NCBI GenBank assembly: GCA_963700635.1
Contig: CAVOYH010000001.1
Span: 384,001-448,000, forward strand
DNA: 64,000 nucleotides
Source of the DNA: an uncultured Bacteroidota bacterium
GTDB taxonomy: Bacteria > Bacteroidota > Ignavibacteria > UBA10030 > UBA6906
Reading direction: 5' to 3'
Shown: positions 31,660 through 42,400 of the stretch, piece by piece
Layout: the number at the start of each line of letters is the position of its first letter
Position numbering within the stretch: the stretch's first letter is position 1
Made by a program: the position numbers and the translations under genes
The notes under the pieces: model-generated
Told to the model about the DNA's origin: nothing
Seen by the model: the letters and a program-made list of their open reading frames with translations, nothing else
The model's database searches: none

Positions 31660-34183
31660 GGCGGATTTCAATTCGTTGTGCGATTCGGGAGTCGGTGCAC
31701 TGAACAACAACCTGTCTTTCCCCGGGCATATACATCCAGCCCGGCAATGTGGTTATGCCGGAAAGTGACGCCTGCTGTGCGATTTTCACACCGTTCAGGA
31801 AAACCGTGATGGGGGGCTTCGCGACGTTCACGCATCGTACGACAAGGGCACGGGAAGGAGGCATGTACGATCCTTCCATGGGGCCAACGTCCACCAGCAG
31901 GGTGGACCCGATACGTTGCTGCGCGTGCGTCCGCCGGAGCACAACACCCTTCTGATAGTCAAAAGACAAACCGTCATCTTCGTAATAGGCCCGCACCGCT
32001 GTCCCGTTTGCTTCCAGAGGATACACGGTGAGAGTCAATGGATCAATGGGCTGTTCGCCCGTGTGCTGAACAACCTGCTGTGAGGGGAGGATGGCACCCT
32101 CCCTGACGAATAGGGGGATCTGGTCAAGGGGGGCGGCCACGGTGTGCGTGCGGCTGCCAGTGAACGGCGTTCCTGTCCAGTAGTCGTACCAGGTGCCCCC
32201 GGGGAACGTGACGTCGCGGGTGCGTGCTTCAGGCAGGAGCACCGGAGCGACGAGAAGATCCGGGCCCAGGAGGAAGCTGGTGGATTCATTGATAAAACGC
32301 GTATCGTCAGGGTACTCGAAGATCAGGGGACGCATGGCAGGTATGCCGGTGGCGCTCGCCTCGGCCATCACCGCGTACAGATAGGGCAACATGGTATACC
32401 GGAGATTGATGGTCTTGCGGTTCGTTGCGGTGAAGTCATCCCCGAACTCCCATGGTTCCTTGTTCTTCTCATTGATCACAGAATGCGCTCGCATGAGGGG
32501 TGTAAACGCTCCCAGCTGCAACCATCGTGCGAAGAGCTCGCCCGAGGGATACCCGATAAACCCCCCGATGTCGCTCCCCACAAACGGTTGCCCCGACAGT
32601 CCGAGGTTCAGGCACATCGTCACGGCGAGTGCCAGGTGCTCCCATGTTGCAGTATTGTCGCCTGTCCACGCAGCGCTGTAACGCTGTCCGCCGGCATAGG
32701 AAGCGCGGGTGAGCACAAAGGGACGCTCCGCAGGGTTATAACGGAGGGCGCCCTCATATGAGGCACGGGTCATCTCGAGCCCGTAAATATTGTGGTTTTT
32801 CGCGTGTGTCGTGAACAGGCCTTCATCATCGTGGAGCACCTGGAGGTCCACGGTCTTTGACGGGACGTTAAACACGGACGGTTCATTCATATCGTTCCAG
32901 AACCCACGAACGCCGGTCTGGATGAGTTCCTCCATCTGGTCTCCCCACCACCTACGGGTCGCCCTGGAGGTAAAGTCAGGAAACGCGCACCGGCCGGGCC
33001 ATACATCACCGTAATAGATGCGTCCATCCGGGTATCGGAGGAAATGATTTCCTTCGAGACCGGTCCGGAACGCCGGGTATGACGAATCTGCTTTAATACC
33101 CGGGTCCAGGATGACTGCCACCCGAAATCCTTCTGCGCCCATCTCCTTGATCAGACGTTTTGGATCGGGGAAGTTCTTCTGGCTCCAGGTGAAGATCCTG
33201 TATCCCTCCATGTAGTCGATATCCAGATAAAGGACGTCGCATGGAATCGACCGTGAACGGAAGCCTTGGGCTATCTCCCGGACGCGGCTCTCCGGAAAAT
33301 AACTCCAGCGGCACTGCTGGTAGCCGAGGGACCATTTCGGAGGCAAAGGCATCCGGCCGACGAGTTCGGTGAATCGCCCGACGACATCGTGCGGCGATGG
33401 GCCGGCGATGACATAGTAGTTTACTTCGCCCCCTTCAGCGCCGAATGAGTATTGATCCCGTGATTCTTTCCCCATATCGAAGGACGACCAGTAGGTATTG
33501 TCGAAGAACAGGCCGTGCGCCTTGCCCTTCCGGAGTGAGAGGAAGAACGGTATACTCTGATACAACGGGTCTGCTGATGCAGCATACGCCGGGATGTCGG
33601 AATTCCACATGGTCATGGAAGTTCCGCGCCGTTCGAGCGGGCCGGCCTTTTCCCCGAAACCGTAATAGTGCGCATCTGCAGGCGATACATGCCACACGCG
33701 CACTTCATGAGAGAGGGTGGTACGACCGTCGGGTGAGGGTGCATCCGAAATCCAGGAGAAACCTTTCCGGGGATGGTCGCGGGTTAAAGGTGTTCCTGTT
33801 GAATCGTAGACGGTGATCCGCAGCGGCTGTTTCGAAATGGTTACCCGGAGAGCGCGCGTGGTGAGCGTGAGGGCATCAGAGGCGTCTGTGATCTCGGTGT
33901 TGGCTGCAGGCCACTGGGTCTTCACCACGGCATGGGAGACATCCGGGGGGAGTTGCCCGGACGCGGGAGGTGGTATACATCGTATCCGGACAAGGTGATC
34001 CGAGAGGATTTGAACATCGACCGTTGCACCGGAGGCTTTAAGGATGACGCTGTTTCCCCCGCGGACGACATACGAATCTACGTTTCCTACGGTCCGCCAC
34101 TGTGCGCTGCTCTGGAGGAAAAAAACGGTAAGCAAGAACAGCAACAGCACCCCCACTCGTCGCATAGATGTTCCCGGGATCAT
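31652..34183 (-). CDS. Glycoside hydrolase family 31 alpha-glucosidase (glucosidase II/MalA-like), secreted
   Basis: Signal peptide; YQSIPF, GYQQCRWSY, LDIDYM, WNDMNEP, WTGDN, GSDIGGF and YYEDDG. Confidence 0.93.
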   Translation of the reverse strand: MIPGTSMRRVGVLLLFLLTVFFLQSSAQWRTVGNVDSYVVRGGNSVILKASGATVDVQILSDHLVRIRCIPPPASGQLPPDVSHAVVKTQWPAANTEITDASDALTLTTRALRVTISKQPLRITVYDSTGTPLTRDHPRKGFSWISDAPSPDGRTTLSHEVRVWHVSPADAHYYGFGEKAGPLERRGTSMTMWNSDIPAYAASADPLYQSIPFFLSLRKGKAHGLFFDNTYWSSFDMGKESRDQYSFGAEGGEVNYYVIAGPSPHDVVGRFTELVGRMPLPPKWSLGYQQCRWSYFPESRVREIAQGFRSRSIPCDVLYLDIDYMEGYRIFTWSQKNFPDPKRLIKEMGAEGFRVAVILDPGIKADSSYPAFRTGLEGNHFLRYPDGRIYYGDVWPGRCAFPDFTSRATRRWWGDQMEELIQTGVRGFWNDMNEPSVFNVPSKTVDLQVLHDDEGLFTTHAKNHNIYGLEMTRASYEGALRYNPAERPFVLTRASYAGGQRYSAAWTGDNTATWEHLALAVTMCLNLGLSGQPFVGSDIGGFIGYPSGELFARWLQLGAFTPLMRAHSVINEKNKEPWEFGDDFTATNRKTINLRYTMLPYLYAVMAEASATGIPAMRPLIFEYPDDTRFINESTSFLLGPDLLVAPVLLPEARTRDVTFPGGTWYDYWTGTPFTGSRTHTVAAPLDQIPLFVREGAILPSQQVVQHTGEQPIDPLTLTVYPLEANGTAVRAYYEDDGLSFDYQKGVVLRRTHAQQRIGSTLLVDVGPMEGSYMPPSRALVVRCVNVAKPPITVFLNGVKIAQQASLSGITTLPGWMYMPGERQVVVQCTDSRIAQRIEIRHE

Positions 34184-34189
34184 GTGTGA

Positions 34190-35293
34190 CTAGAGCGCAA
34201 CCTCAGTTGCAGCGTCGAAGAGGTGCACCTTGGCGAGATCAATGAGCAGGTCGCACGGCTTCCCCACTTCCGGAGTCCGGTCCGTGGCAACCCGGGCCAC
34301 ATGGTGACTGGTAGAGCCGGTTGAGAAATAGATAAAAATCTCATTGCCGAAAGGTTCCACAACTTCGACCATCGTACGAACGGGCACCGACGTGGTGACA
34401 CCGGCGGGAGGCCGGAGGTAGATATGCTCTGGCCTGATACCCAGCGTGATCGGTCCCGATGCGCGCTCACCCAGCCGCTGGATCAACGTGTCCGGCATAG
34501 GCAGGGCCAGGTCCGTGCCTTCATGGCGAAATGTTGTGGTCCCGTTCCTGACGAGGGCGCCATGAAGAAAATTCATGGTGGGGCTTCCGATAAAGCCGGC
34601 GACAAACTTGTTCACGGGTTTGTGATAGATGGCGAGAGGCGCATCCACCTGCTGGACGACGCCGTCGCGCATGACGACAATACGGTCGCCCATGGACATG
34701 GCTTCAATCTGGTCATGGGTGACATAGATCATGGTGGTATGGAGACGATGGTGGAGACGGGAGATCTCTGTGCGCATCTGGACGCGGAGGTTTGCGTCGA
34801 GGTTGGAGAGTGGTTCATCGAACAAAAAGACCTTCGGCTGGCGTACGATGGCCCGCCCCAGTGCGACACGCTGACGCTGGCCGCCGGAAAGGGCCTTCGG
34901 TTTCCGGTCAAGGTAGGTGTCAATGCCGAGAATCCGTGCAGCCTCTCGAACCCGCTGGTCAATATCGGTCTTGCTGAATTTCCGGAGTTTCAGACCGAAG
35001 GCGAGATTGTCATAGACCGACATATGCGGGTAGAGGGCGTAGTTCTGAAACACCATGGCGATGTCGCGGTCCTTTGGTGCCACATCGTTGACCACGCGGC
35101 CATCGATGCTGATGGTTCCCTGGGTGATTTCTTCGAGTCCGGCGATCATGCGGAGCACGGTGGATTTGCCGCACCCTGAGGGTCCAACAAGCACCACAAA
35201 TTCCTGATCGTGAATTGTCGTTGAAACATCACGAACGGCGGTGACCTTTGCGTCGTATACTTTGAACACATGTTCCAGCTTTACTTCTGCCAT
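34190..35293 (-). CDS. Carbohydrate ABC transporter ATP-binding protein (MalK/MsmX/UgpC family)
   Basis: GPSGCGKST, VFQNYALYPHM, LSGGQRQR, DEPLSNLDA, YVTHDQ and a C-terminal GIRPE/TOBE region. Confidence 0.95.
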   Translation of the reverse strand: MAEVKLEHVFKVYDAKVTAVRDVSTTIHDQEFVVLVGPSGCGKSTVLRMIAGLEEITQGTISIDGRVVNDVAPKDRDIAMVFQNYALYPHMSVYDNLAFGLKLRKFSKTDIDQRVREAARILGIDTYLDRKPKALSGGQRQRVALGRAIVRQPKVFLFDEPLSNLDANLRVQMRTEISRLHHRLHTTMIYVTHDQIEAMSMGDRIVVMRDGVVQQVDAPLAIYHKPVNKFVAGFIGSPTMNFLHGALVRNGTTTFRHEGTDLALPMPDTLIQRLGERASGPITLGIRPEHIYLRPPAGVTTSVPVRTMVEVVEPFGNEIFIYFSTGSTSHHVARVATDRTPEVGKPCDLLIDLAKVHLFDAATEVAL

Positions 35294-35347
35294 GGGGGTT
35301 CCTTTGGATGGGGAAGCTGATCCTGAGGAATCAAACCGGGATGGAGG

Positions 35348-35376
35348 AATATATCAAGGTGTCCTGACAAACACAA
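35348..35376 (-). promoter_or_regulatory. Putative promoter of the malK-GH31-TPR operon
   Basis: Minus strand TTGTGT, 17 bp spacer, TATATT. Confidence 0.5.
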
Positions 35377-35442
35377 GGAGAGCGAACTTCTGAGGTCTGT
35401 GGTGTGTTGTACCATGAACCAGCGCTGTATCCAAGATTTACC

Positions 35443-35471
35443 TTGACACGTAAATCCAAAAGCAGTATCTT
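35443..35471 (+). promoter_or_regulatory. Sigma70 promoter of the lacI-TBDR operon
   Basis: Consensus TTGACA (35443-35448), 17 bp spacer, TATCTT (35466-35471). Confidence 0.75.
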
Positions 35472-35473
35472 TA

Positions 35474-35487
35474 TGGAAGCGCTTCCA
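35474..35487. promoter_or_regulatory. LacI-family operator
   Basis: Perfect 14-bp palindrome TGGAAGCGCTTCCA with central CG, overlapping the predicted transcription start, upstream of a LacI gene. Confidence 0.8.
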
Positions 35488-35545
35488 ATGGAAAGGCGCT
35501 CCTCCTCTTTCCCATTACAGATGTAACACAGAATCGTCCCCCTCG

Positions 35546-36619
35546 ATGGGTGTTACCATCTACGATCTTGCTCGCGAAGCAGGTGTCGGAATAGGAACCG
35601 TATCGCGGTGTCTCAACAACCACCCGAACGTTTCCGCCCGCACCCGGGCCCGCGTCCTCTCCGTCGTGAAGCGGCTGAATTACCAGCCCCACGCTCAGGC
35701 CCAGCGCCTCGCCTCGCGGCGCACCAATACCATCTCCGTGATCATCCCGTCATTTACCAACTATTTCTTCGTCCAGATTCTTCAGGGTGTCCAGGACCTC
35801 GCTGCCGAAATCGGTATGGATCTTATCCTGTACGGAGTGAACCACCCGTCCCAGGTAGAGCACTATTTACGCCGGTCGCTCCACCGCGGACATGTTGACG
35901 GGGTGTTGTTTTTCAGCATGAAGCTGCCCGAAACGTACGCCGCCAAGTTTCTCCAGATGAGCCTCCCTCTGGTCCTGGTGGACGCCAATCATCCGGCCTT
36001 TGATTCCATCCGGGTGAAGAACATCGAGGGCGCCTCAGACGCGACACTCCACCTCCTCGGTCTCGGGCACAAGGCCATCGGAATGATCAATGCCAGTCTG
36101 GAGACTCAACCCGCACGGGATCGAATGGCCGGATACAGCCGTGCGCTGGAAGAACACGGGATCACCTTCAGAAACGACCGTGTTTTTGCTTCCTCAATGG
36201 GGAAAAACGATGGATTCAGCAGGGAAGCCGGCCGGGAATCGATGCGACGGCTCCTTTTAATGAACAACACTTCGGATCCGGTCACCGCAGTGTTTATTGC
36301 GAGCGACGTGCAGGCCATCGGTGCACTGGAAGCGGCAAATGCCGCGTCCGTTCGTATTCCTGAGGACATCGCCATTGTGTCCTTCGATGATATAGAGCTT
36401 GCCCAGTATGCTGAACTGACAACCATGCGCCAGCCGATGTATGAAATGGGGCGGCTTGCGATGGAGAAGCTGTTTTCGCGGATGAAAGATCCGGATGCCG
36501 TTGCTACACTCACTTCATTTCACCCCGATCTTATTGTCCGCAGGTCGTGTGGCGCCACCCCGAGGCCTGTCGCACCGACGGAAAGAACGCAACACTATTC
36601 TCCGATTCTGACCCCGTAA
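35546..36619 (+). CDS. LacI family transcriptional regulator
   Basis: HTH TIYDLAREAGVGIGTVSRCLN, hinge LNYQPH..AQRL, IPEDIAIVSFDD and LTTMRQP. Confidence 0.96.
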   Translation: MGVTIYDLAREAGVGIGTVSRCLNNHPNVSARTRARVLSVVKRLNYQPHAQAQRLASRRTNTISVIIPSFTNYFFVQILQGVQDLAAEIGMDLILYGVNHPSQVEHYLRRSLHRGHVDGVLFFSMKLPETYAAKFLQMSLPLVLVDANHPAFDSIRVKNIEGASDATLHLLGLGHKAIGMINASLETQPARDRMAGYSRALEEHGITFRNDRVFASSMGKNDGFSREAGRESMRRLLLMNNTSDPVTAVFIASDVQAIGALEAANAASVRIPEDIAIVSFDDIELAQYAELTTMRQPMYEMGRLAMEKLFSRMKDPDAVATLTSFHPDLIVRRSCGATPRPVAPTERTQHYSPILTP

Positions 36620-36640
36620 TTGACCAGGAGTAATCTCCGT

Positions 36641-39469
36641 ATGAACTCACGTATTATGCTTCTCCTCATTCTGACAATCGGCCTTCCGGGGTACGCGATT
36701 GCAGGAAACACCGGTAAGATCGCAGGTCAGGTCAAGGATTCACAGACCGGTGAAGCCCTCATAGGAGTGAACGTTGTTATCGAGGGGACCTCCATGGGCG
36801 CCGCAACGAACATCGACGGGTACTTCGTCATCCTCAATATCCCGCCCGGCAAGTATGCGCTCTATGCCTCGGCCGTGGGCTACAACAAGAAGACCGTCAC
36901 CAACATCTCTGTGTCCATCGATCTGACGACAACCATCGATTTTATCCTCTCGTCCCAGGTGCTCGCCGTCGGAGAGGAAGTTGTGGTTACAGCCGAACGG
37001 CCGCTTGTGCAGAGAGATCTTACGGCCAAGACGGCAATTGTGGGAGGTGATCAGATTGCTGCCCTGCCGGTTACCGAAGTGGATCAGGTGCTGCAGCTGC
37101 AGGCCGGCTTCGTCTCGGGGAGCCTGCGCGGCGGACGTAAAGGGGAGGTGGCATACTGGATTGACGGCGTGCCGGTCACGGACGGCTTCAACGGAACACA
37201 AATCGTTGAAGTGAATAAGAACCTGGTCCAGGAGCTCCAGCTCGTCTCGGGTGCCTTTAACGCCGAGTACGGACAGGCGATGTCCGGAATCGTGAATATC
37301 GCAACCAAAGAAGGGGGATCCCGGTTTTCGGGAGGCGTCGGGGCGTATGCAGGCCAGTACCTTACCACGTATGACGCGGATTCTCTTTTTCCCGGGCTCA
37401 ACAAGTTTGATCCTACCGCAATCCGGAACATCGAAGCGAATCTGAGCGGACCGATTCTTGGCGAAGACCTCACGTTTTTTGTGAACGGTCGTGCCATCTA
37501 CTTCGACGGGTGGCGTAAAGGATTCCGACGCTACAACCCGTGGAACATTTCCTACACGGACGATATTACCCGCGAGTTTACCATGTACCGGGATGCAGAC
37601 GGCAGGGGCGATAGTGCAGTGGTCCCGATGAACTGGAGCAGGCGATACTACGGACAGGGTAAGCTGACGTGGCGTATTACGCCCGTCATCAAACTCAACA
37701 CTAACTACATCTACGACTATAACGAGGCACAGGCCTACGACCGGAGCTACTTCTACAATCCAGATGGCAAGGGGAAAGATCTGAACACCAGCCACACGTT
37801 CATTCTCCAGTTTTCCCATACCCTGAGTTCATCCACATTCTACACCGTCGGGGCATCCTGGTTCGAGCGCGGAGTGAAGTACCACCTGTACGATCTGGCC
37901 TACGAACCTGCCACGGACGGGTCGGGCGACCTGATTGAGACCCTGAACTCCGGGGGTCCGCATTATGTCCACCCCTACCTGTTTCTGACTGACGATCCGT
38001 ACAGTTACCTCACGGGCGGGACGGATCTGAACAGGTTCCGGCGGTCCACAACCACAAAACTTCTGAAGTTCGACGTGTCCAGCCAGCTTGACCAGTCGAA
38101 CCTTGTAAAGATCGGCGCAGAATACCGTCACCACAATGTGTTCTACGAGAATATCGAACTCCAGCCGATCGCACAACAATCGGACATTAACCTTTCCACA
38201 TCCAGCCCCTACATCCGTACCCGCATCCTGCCGCTCTCTTCACTCTATCACAACATGTATAACCGGAGTCCGAAGGAGATCTCAGGCTACATTCAGGACA
38301 AGCTGGAGTTCAAGGACTTTATCCTGAATATCGGCGTGCGGTTTGATTATTTCGAACCGGACGGTTACGTGTTAAACGACGAACATCCGGACCCGGCTGA
38401 TCCATTACACTACACCTACACGGTGGATGATCCGAATATTTACAGTCCGATAAAGCCGGAAAACCGTGCGAAGACCCTTGAAGAGCGGCGATCCTACTGG
38501 TATCGCAAGGCAAAATCAAAATACAAGATCAGTCCGCGTATCGGCGGTTCGTTCCCGATCACGGCCGAGGGGATCGTGCACTTTTCCTACGGTCACTTTT
38601 TCCAGGTGCCCAGGTTCGAGCGATTGTACGAAAATCCAGACTTCAAGATCGGATTCGGAACCGGTAATCAGGGTGTGGTGGGGAATGCGGATCTTGAGCC
38701 GGAGCAGACCATCAATGCCGAAATCGGCGTGCAGCAGCAGCTGGCCGCGGATCTCTCGGTTGATGTGACCGCGTATCTGCGCGACATCCGTGGTCTGACC
38801 GGCACACGCGCCGACGAGATTATCGTGTTCGGCGGCAGCGCGAAATACAGCAAATACGTAAACAGCGATTTTGGATTTGTGAAGGGAATTGTGCTGACGA
38901 TGAACAAGCGGTTCGGAAGCGGTTTCTCGGCGACCGTGGACTATACCTATCAGGTTGCAAAAGGCAGCGCTTCCGATCCTCAGGAAGCGCGGAACGCCGT
39001 GGCAGGTGGCTCCCTCCCTGAAGTACAGCTGACCCCGCTGGGCTGGGATCAGCGTCATACCGTCAATGTTACAGCCTCCTACGCGGAAAGACTATGGGGT
39101 GTGAGCGCCATCGCACAGTACGGGAGTGGTGCTCCCTATACCCCCCGCCGTGCCGCGGACATCACGACCCTGCTCACCAACAGTCAGCTCAAACCGGGGT
39201 TCTTTAATATAGACCTGCGCGCGTACTACGAAATGGCCATCGATCCGTTTACGATCGTGGTGTTCGCGCGGGTCTTCAACCTCCTCGACATCAGAAACGA
39301 AAATGACGTATTCGATGACACAGGCCGGGCAGGGTTTACCACTGATCAGGCCCGTATCAGTCTGACAAATCCGAGGCAGCGGATCAATTCACTGGCAGAG
39401 TGGTATCGGCGGCCGCAGAACTATTCGGAACCCCGTCGCATCGAACTTGGCATGAATCTGGAGTTTTAG
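36641..39469 (+). CDS. TonB-dependent receptor with N-terminal carboxypeptidase-regulatory-like domain (not SusC-type)
   Basis: Signal peptide; GKIAGQVKD..TGEALIG.NV, plug (RGGR.GEVAYWIDGVPV, SGAFNAEYG.AMSGIVNI.TK), C-terminal PRRIELGMNLEF. Confidence 0.92.
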   Translation: MNSRIMLLLILTIGLPGYAIAGNTGKIAGQVKDSQTGEALIGVNVVIEGTSMGAATNIDGYFVILNIPPGKYALYASAVGYNKKTVTNISVSIDLTTTIDFILSSQVLAVGEEVVVTAERPLVQRDLTAKTAIVGGDQIAALPVTEVDQVLQLQAGFVSGSLRGGRKGEVAYWIDGVPVTDGFNGTQIVEVNKNLVQELQLVSGAFNAEYGQAMSGIVNIATKEGGSRFSGGVGAYAGQYLTTYDADSLFPGLNKFDPTAIRNIEANLSGPILGEDLTFFVNGRAIYFDGWRKGFRRYNPWNISYTDDITREFTMYRDADGRGDSAVVPMNWSRRYYGQGKLTWRITPVIKLNTNYIYDYNEAQAYDRSYFYNPDGKGKDLNTSHTFILQFSHTLSSSTFYTVGASWFERGVKYHLYDLAYEPATDGSGDLIETLNSGGPHYVHPYLFLTDDPYSYLTGGTDLNRFRRSTTTKLLKFDVSSQLDQSNLVKIGAEYRHHNVFYENIELQPIAQQSDINLSTSSPYIRTRILPLSSLYHNMYNRSPKEISGYIQDKLEFKDFILNIGVRFDYFEPDGYVLNDEHPDPADPLHYTYTVDDPNIYSPIKPENRAKTLEERRSYWYRKAKSKYKISPRIGGSFPITAEGIVHFSYGHFFQVPRFERLYENPDFKIGFGTGNQGVVGNADLEPEQTINAEIGVQQQLAADLSVDVTAYLRDIRGLTGTRADEIIVFGGSAKYSKYVNSDFGFVKGIVLTMNKRFGSGFSATVDYTYQVAKGSASDPQEARNAVAGGSLPEVQLTPLGWDQRHTVNVTASYAERLWGVSAIAQYGSGAPYTPRRAADITTLLTNSQLKPGFFNIDLRAYYEMAIDPFTIVVFARVFNLLDIRNENDVFDDTGRAGFTTDQARISLTNPRQRINSLAEWYRRPQNYSEPRRIELGMNLEF

Positions 39470-39470
39470 C

Positions 39471-42400
39471 ATGAAAACCACCCGATACGTTTTTTTCTTG
39501 ATCCTCACGACATTTCTCCTGGCTCCCTCCATGCTCGCGCAGAGCGGGCGGGAATACCGCCGGTCCGCAATTATGAACGGCAACCAGGTGCGTACCGTGT
39601 TCGGCAACTGGGGTGTGATCGGCCAGCCGGTGGATACCAGACCCCGCGGTGCGTGGAAAAACGACAACAACGGCTACCTGGGCGACGTGAGTCCGTTTGT
39701 GGGAGCGGAAGTCCGGTGGCAGGACACCACGTTCCGGTCCGTCGTCTCGAGCCCCGTTGCGCGCCCGACACAGCTGGCCGATCTGGATCCGGCGACGGGA
39801 GAGAACTGGACCTTTGAACCGGTAGGCGGCTACTTCGCCTCCGCACCCAATCAAAGCATTGCCGTCAGCAACGACAACAAAACCTGGCCGGAATTCTGGC
39901 CGGACAAACTCAGCGACGGCGTCGACCCCGGGTGGAGGGGATCGTGGAACGGGTACTTCGGCAAGCGGATCAGCGCCGATCTTGAAACCTACTTCGTGAT
40001 GGACGACAACGTCGATCGCCGGTTCAACTTCGCTCTGAACAACGCGCGGGGTATCGCTTTCAAACCGGACTCCCTGAACCTCTCACGAAACGGCCTGGCT
40101 CTGGATGTGCGCGTCCGCGCGATGCAATGGGCGCAGTTCCTCGCCCAGGACAATATTTTCTGGCTCTATGAGATCGCCAACACGGGAACCACCAGCTACG
40201 ACCGGGTGGTGTTCGGCATGCTCGTCGGAACATACATCGGCGTCACGGGGAGTGATGGAAGCCCCCAGGAATACGATGACGATTGGTCGTTTTATGATGT
40301 CTTCACCAATATCACCTACACGGCCGACTTTGACCGGAATACGGGACGCAATCCGCGCTGGAATCAGAGGTTCCCGGTCGGGATGGTGGGGTATGCATTC
40401 CTGGAAAGTCCGGGTAACCCGTTCGACGGCATTGACAACGACGGTGATGCCGACTCTACGACGATCGGACAAGCTTCGCCGGTGTTCGAATCGACAAGTT
40501 TCGATTCGACTGTCATAGCGGCCGGCGCGAGAATTATTCTTGTGCGGGACGACTTTTCACGCGTGACATTCACGGTGCCCAACCGCGACTCCGTAAAAAT
40601 CAAGACCCGCGGGATGCGCGACTCCATATGGATCTACCCGGGAAAAACCAAACTTGCGGAGGGAAACCTGGTTCGGGATTTCCAGGGGAACGAAGTCATC
40701 AATCGGAACGCGTATGACGGGATCGACAATGATTTTGATGGATTGATTGATGAGAATCGTTTCCTGCATTACCAGCAGTTCAAGCGGAACCGCAATTTTC
40801 CTTTTGAGGTCCTGCTGAATGTCCTCCGCCCGGTGCGCCACGTGAGCGCTGCAACCGGAGGCGTGGCCAATCCGTTGAGTATGATTGATGAACGAAGGAA
40901 TGACCGGGTGGACAATGACGCGGACTGGGATATCAATTTTGATGATGTCGGGCGGGATGGTATCGGGCGCACGGCAGTGAACTACCCCGGTCCCGATTTT
41001 GGTGAGGGAGATGGTCTGCCCACATCCGGGTACGACAACTCCGGAAATGACACAGGACTGCCTGGTGAACCGAATATCGACAAGACCGACGTGGACGAAT
41101 CAGATCAAATCGGCCTTTCCAGTTTCTATTATTTTGAGCCGGCCAATGTGGTCCGCCTGGGAGATGATGAGGAGCTCTGGAAGAATCTCGCCCCGGGCTT
41201 TTTTGATGTGCCCACATCCATCGTCAACAATCGCCCCCAGCGTGGTGAAGATGGTGATTTTATTTACGGTTCGGGCTATTTCCCTCTGCTTGCCGGAACA
41301 ACAGAGCGGTTCTCTCTCGCCCTTGTCTACGGCGGCGGAAAGGGCGGGAGTGTGCAGGATGATATCGATGACCTGCTGAAGAACAAACGTACGGTACAGA
41401 AGATTTACGATGCGAACTACCAGTTCCCCACGCCCCCTGACAAACCTACGCTGGTTGCCGTGCCGGGTGACCGGCAGGTGACGCTGTACTGGGATCGGGT
41501 TGCCGAAGCATCCGTTGATCCTGTGCTCCGTACCAGGGACTTTGAAGGGTATAAACTCTACAAGTCCACCGACCCGGACTTCAGCAACATCTTTACCATC
41601 ACGGACGCCACCGGCACGCCCCGCGGGTATCAACCCCTCGCACAATACGACATTGCGAACAGTATCCGGGGATTCTTCCGGGCCAGCGGTGAGCTCTTCC
41701 AGGCCGCAGCGGGGTACTCCTTTAACCTCGGCGATGACTCGGGTCTGAAGCACACGTATGTCGACCGTGAAGTCGAGAACGGCCGGAGGTACTTTTACGC
41801 CGTTGTTGCATACGATCGCGGGGACGAACTCGCAGGCATCTTCCCCGGAGAAAACACAAAACCGGTGCGCATTCTCTCCACCGGAGAAGTGGAAAGGGAT
41901 ATCAATGTTGCGGTGGTGACGCCGAACGCGCAGACGGCGGGATATGTTTCTCCCTCGTCAGGAGTCTCTGCACTCCACCCATCGGGACCGGCGACGGGCG
42001 GCGTCAAATTTGCAATTGTGGATGAAAGAAAACTGACCGGCCACCGGTACCGCGTGACGTTCCTGGATACACAGATGGATAGTGTGGACAACAACGCGAA
42101 CGGAAAGCTGGATTTCAGCGACAGCACCGAATGGAACCGGATTACCACATTCTACAATGTTGAAGATATGACCCAGTTGTCGGAGCAGTTTATCAGTCAG
42201 GATACTGCGAATGTGAGCTTTAACAAGAAGAATCTCATGCCGGGGACAGTCACAGTCCGGAATCAACAGGGGAGCGTGATAGATCCCGCCAACTACATCC
42301 TGAATACGACTCGTGGAAGTATCCGGGGTGCGGCGCCGGGAACCCTGCCGCCCGGTACGTATTCGATCTCGTACAGGTACTATCCTGTGTATCGAAGTCC

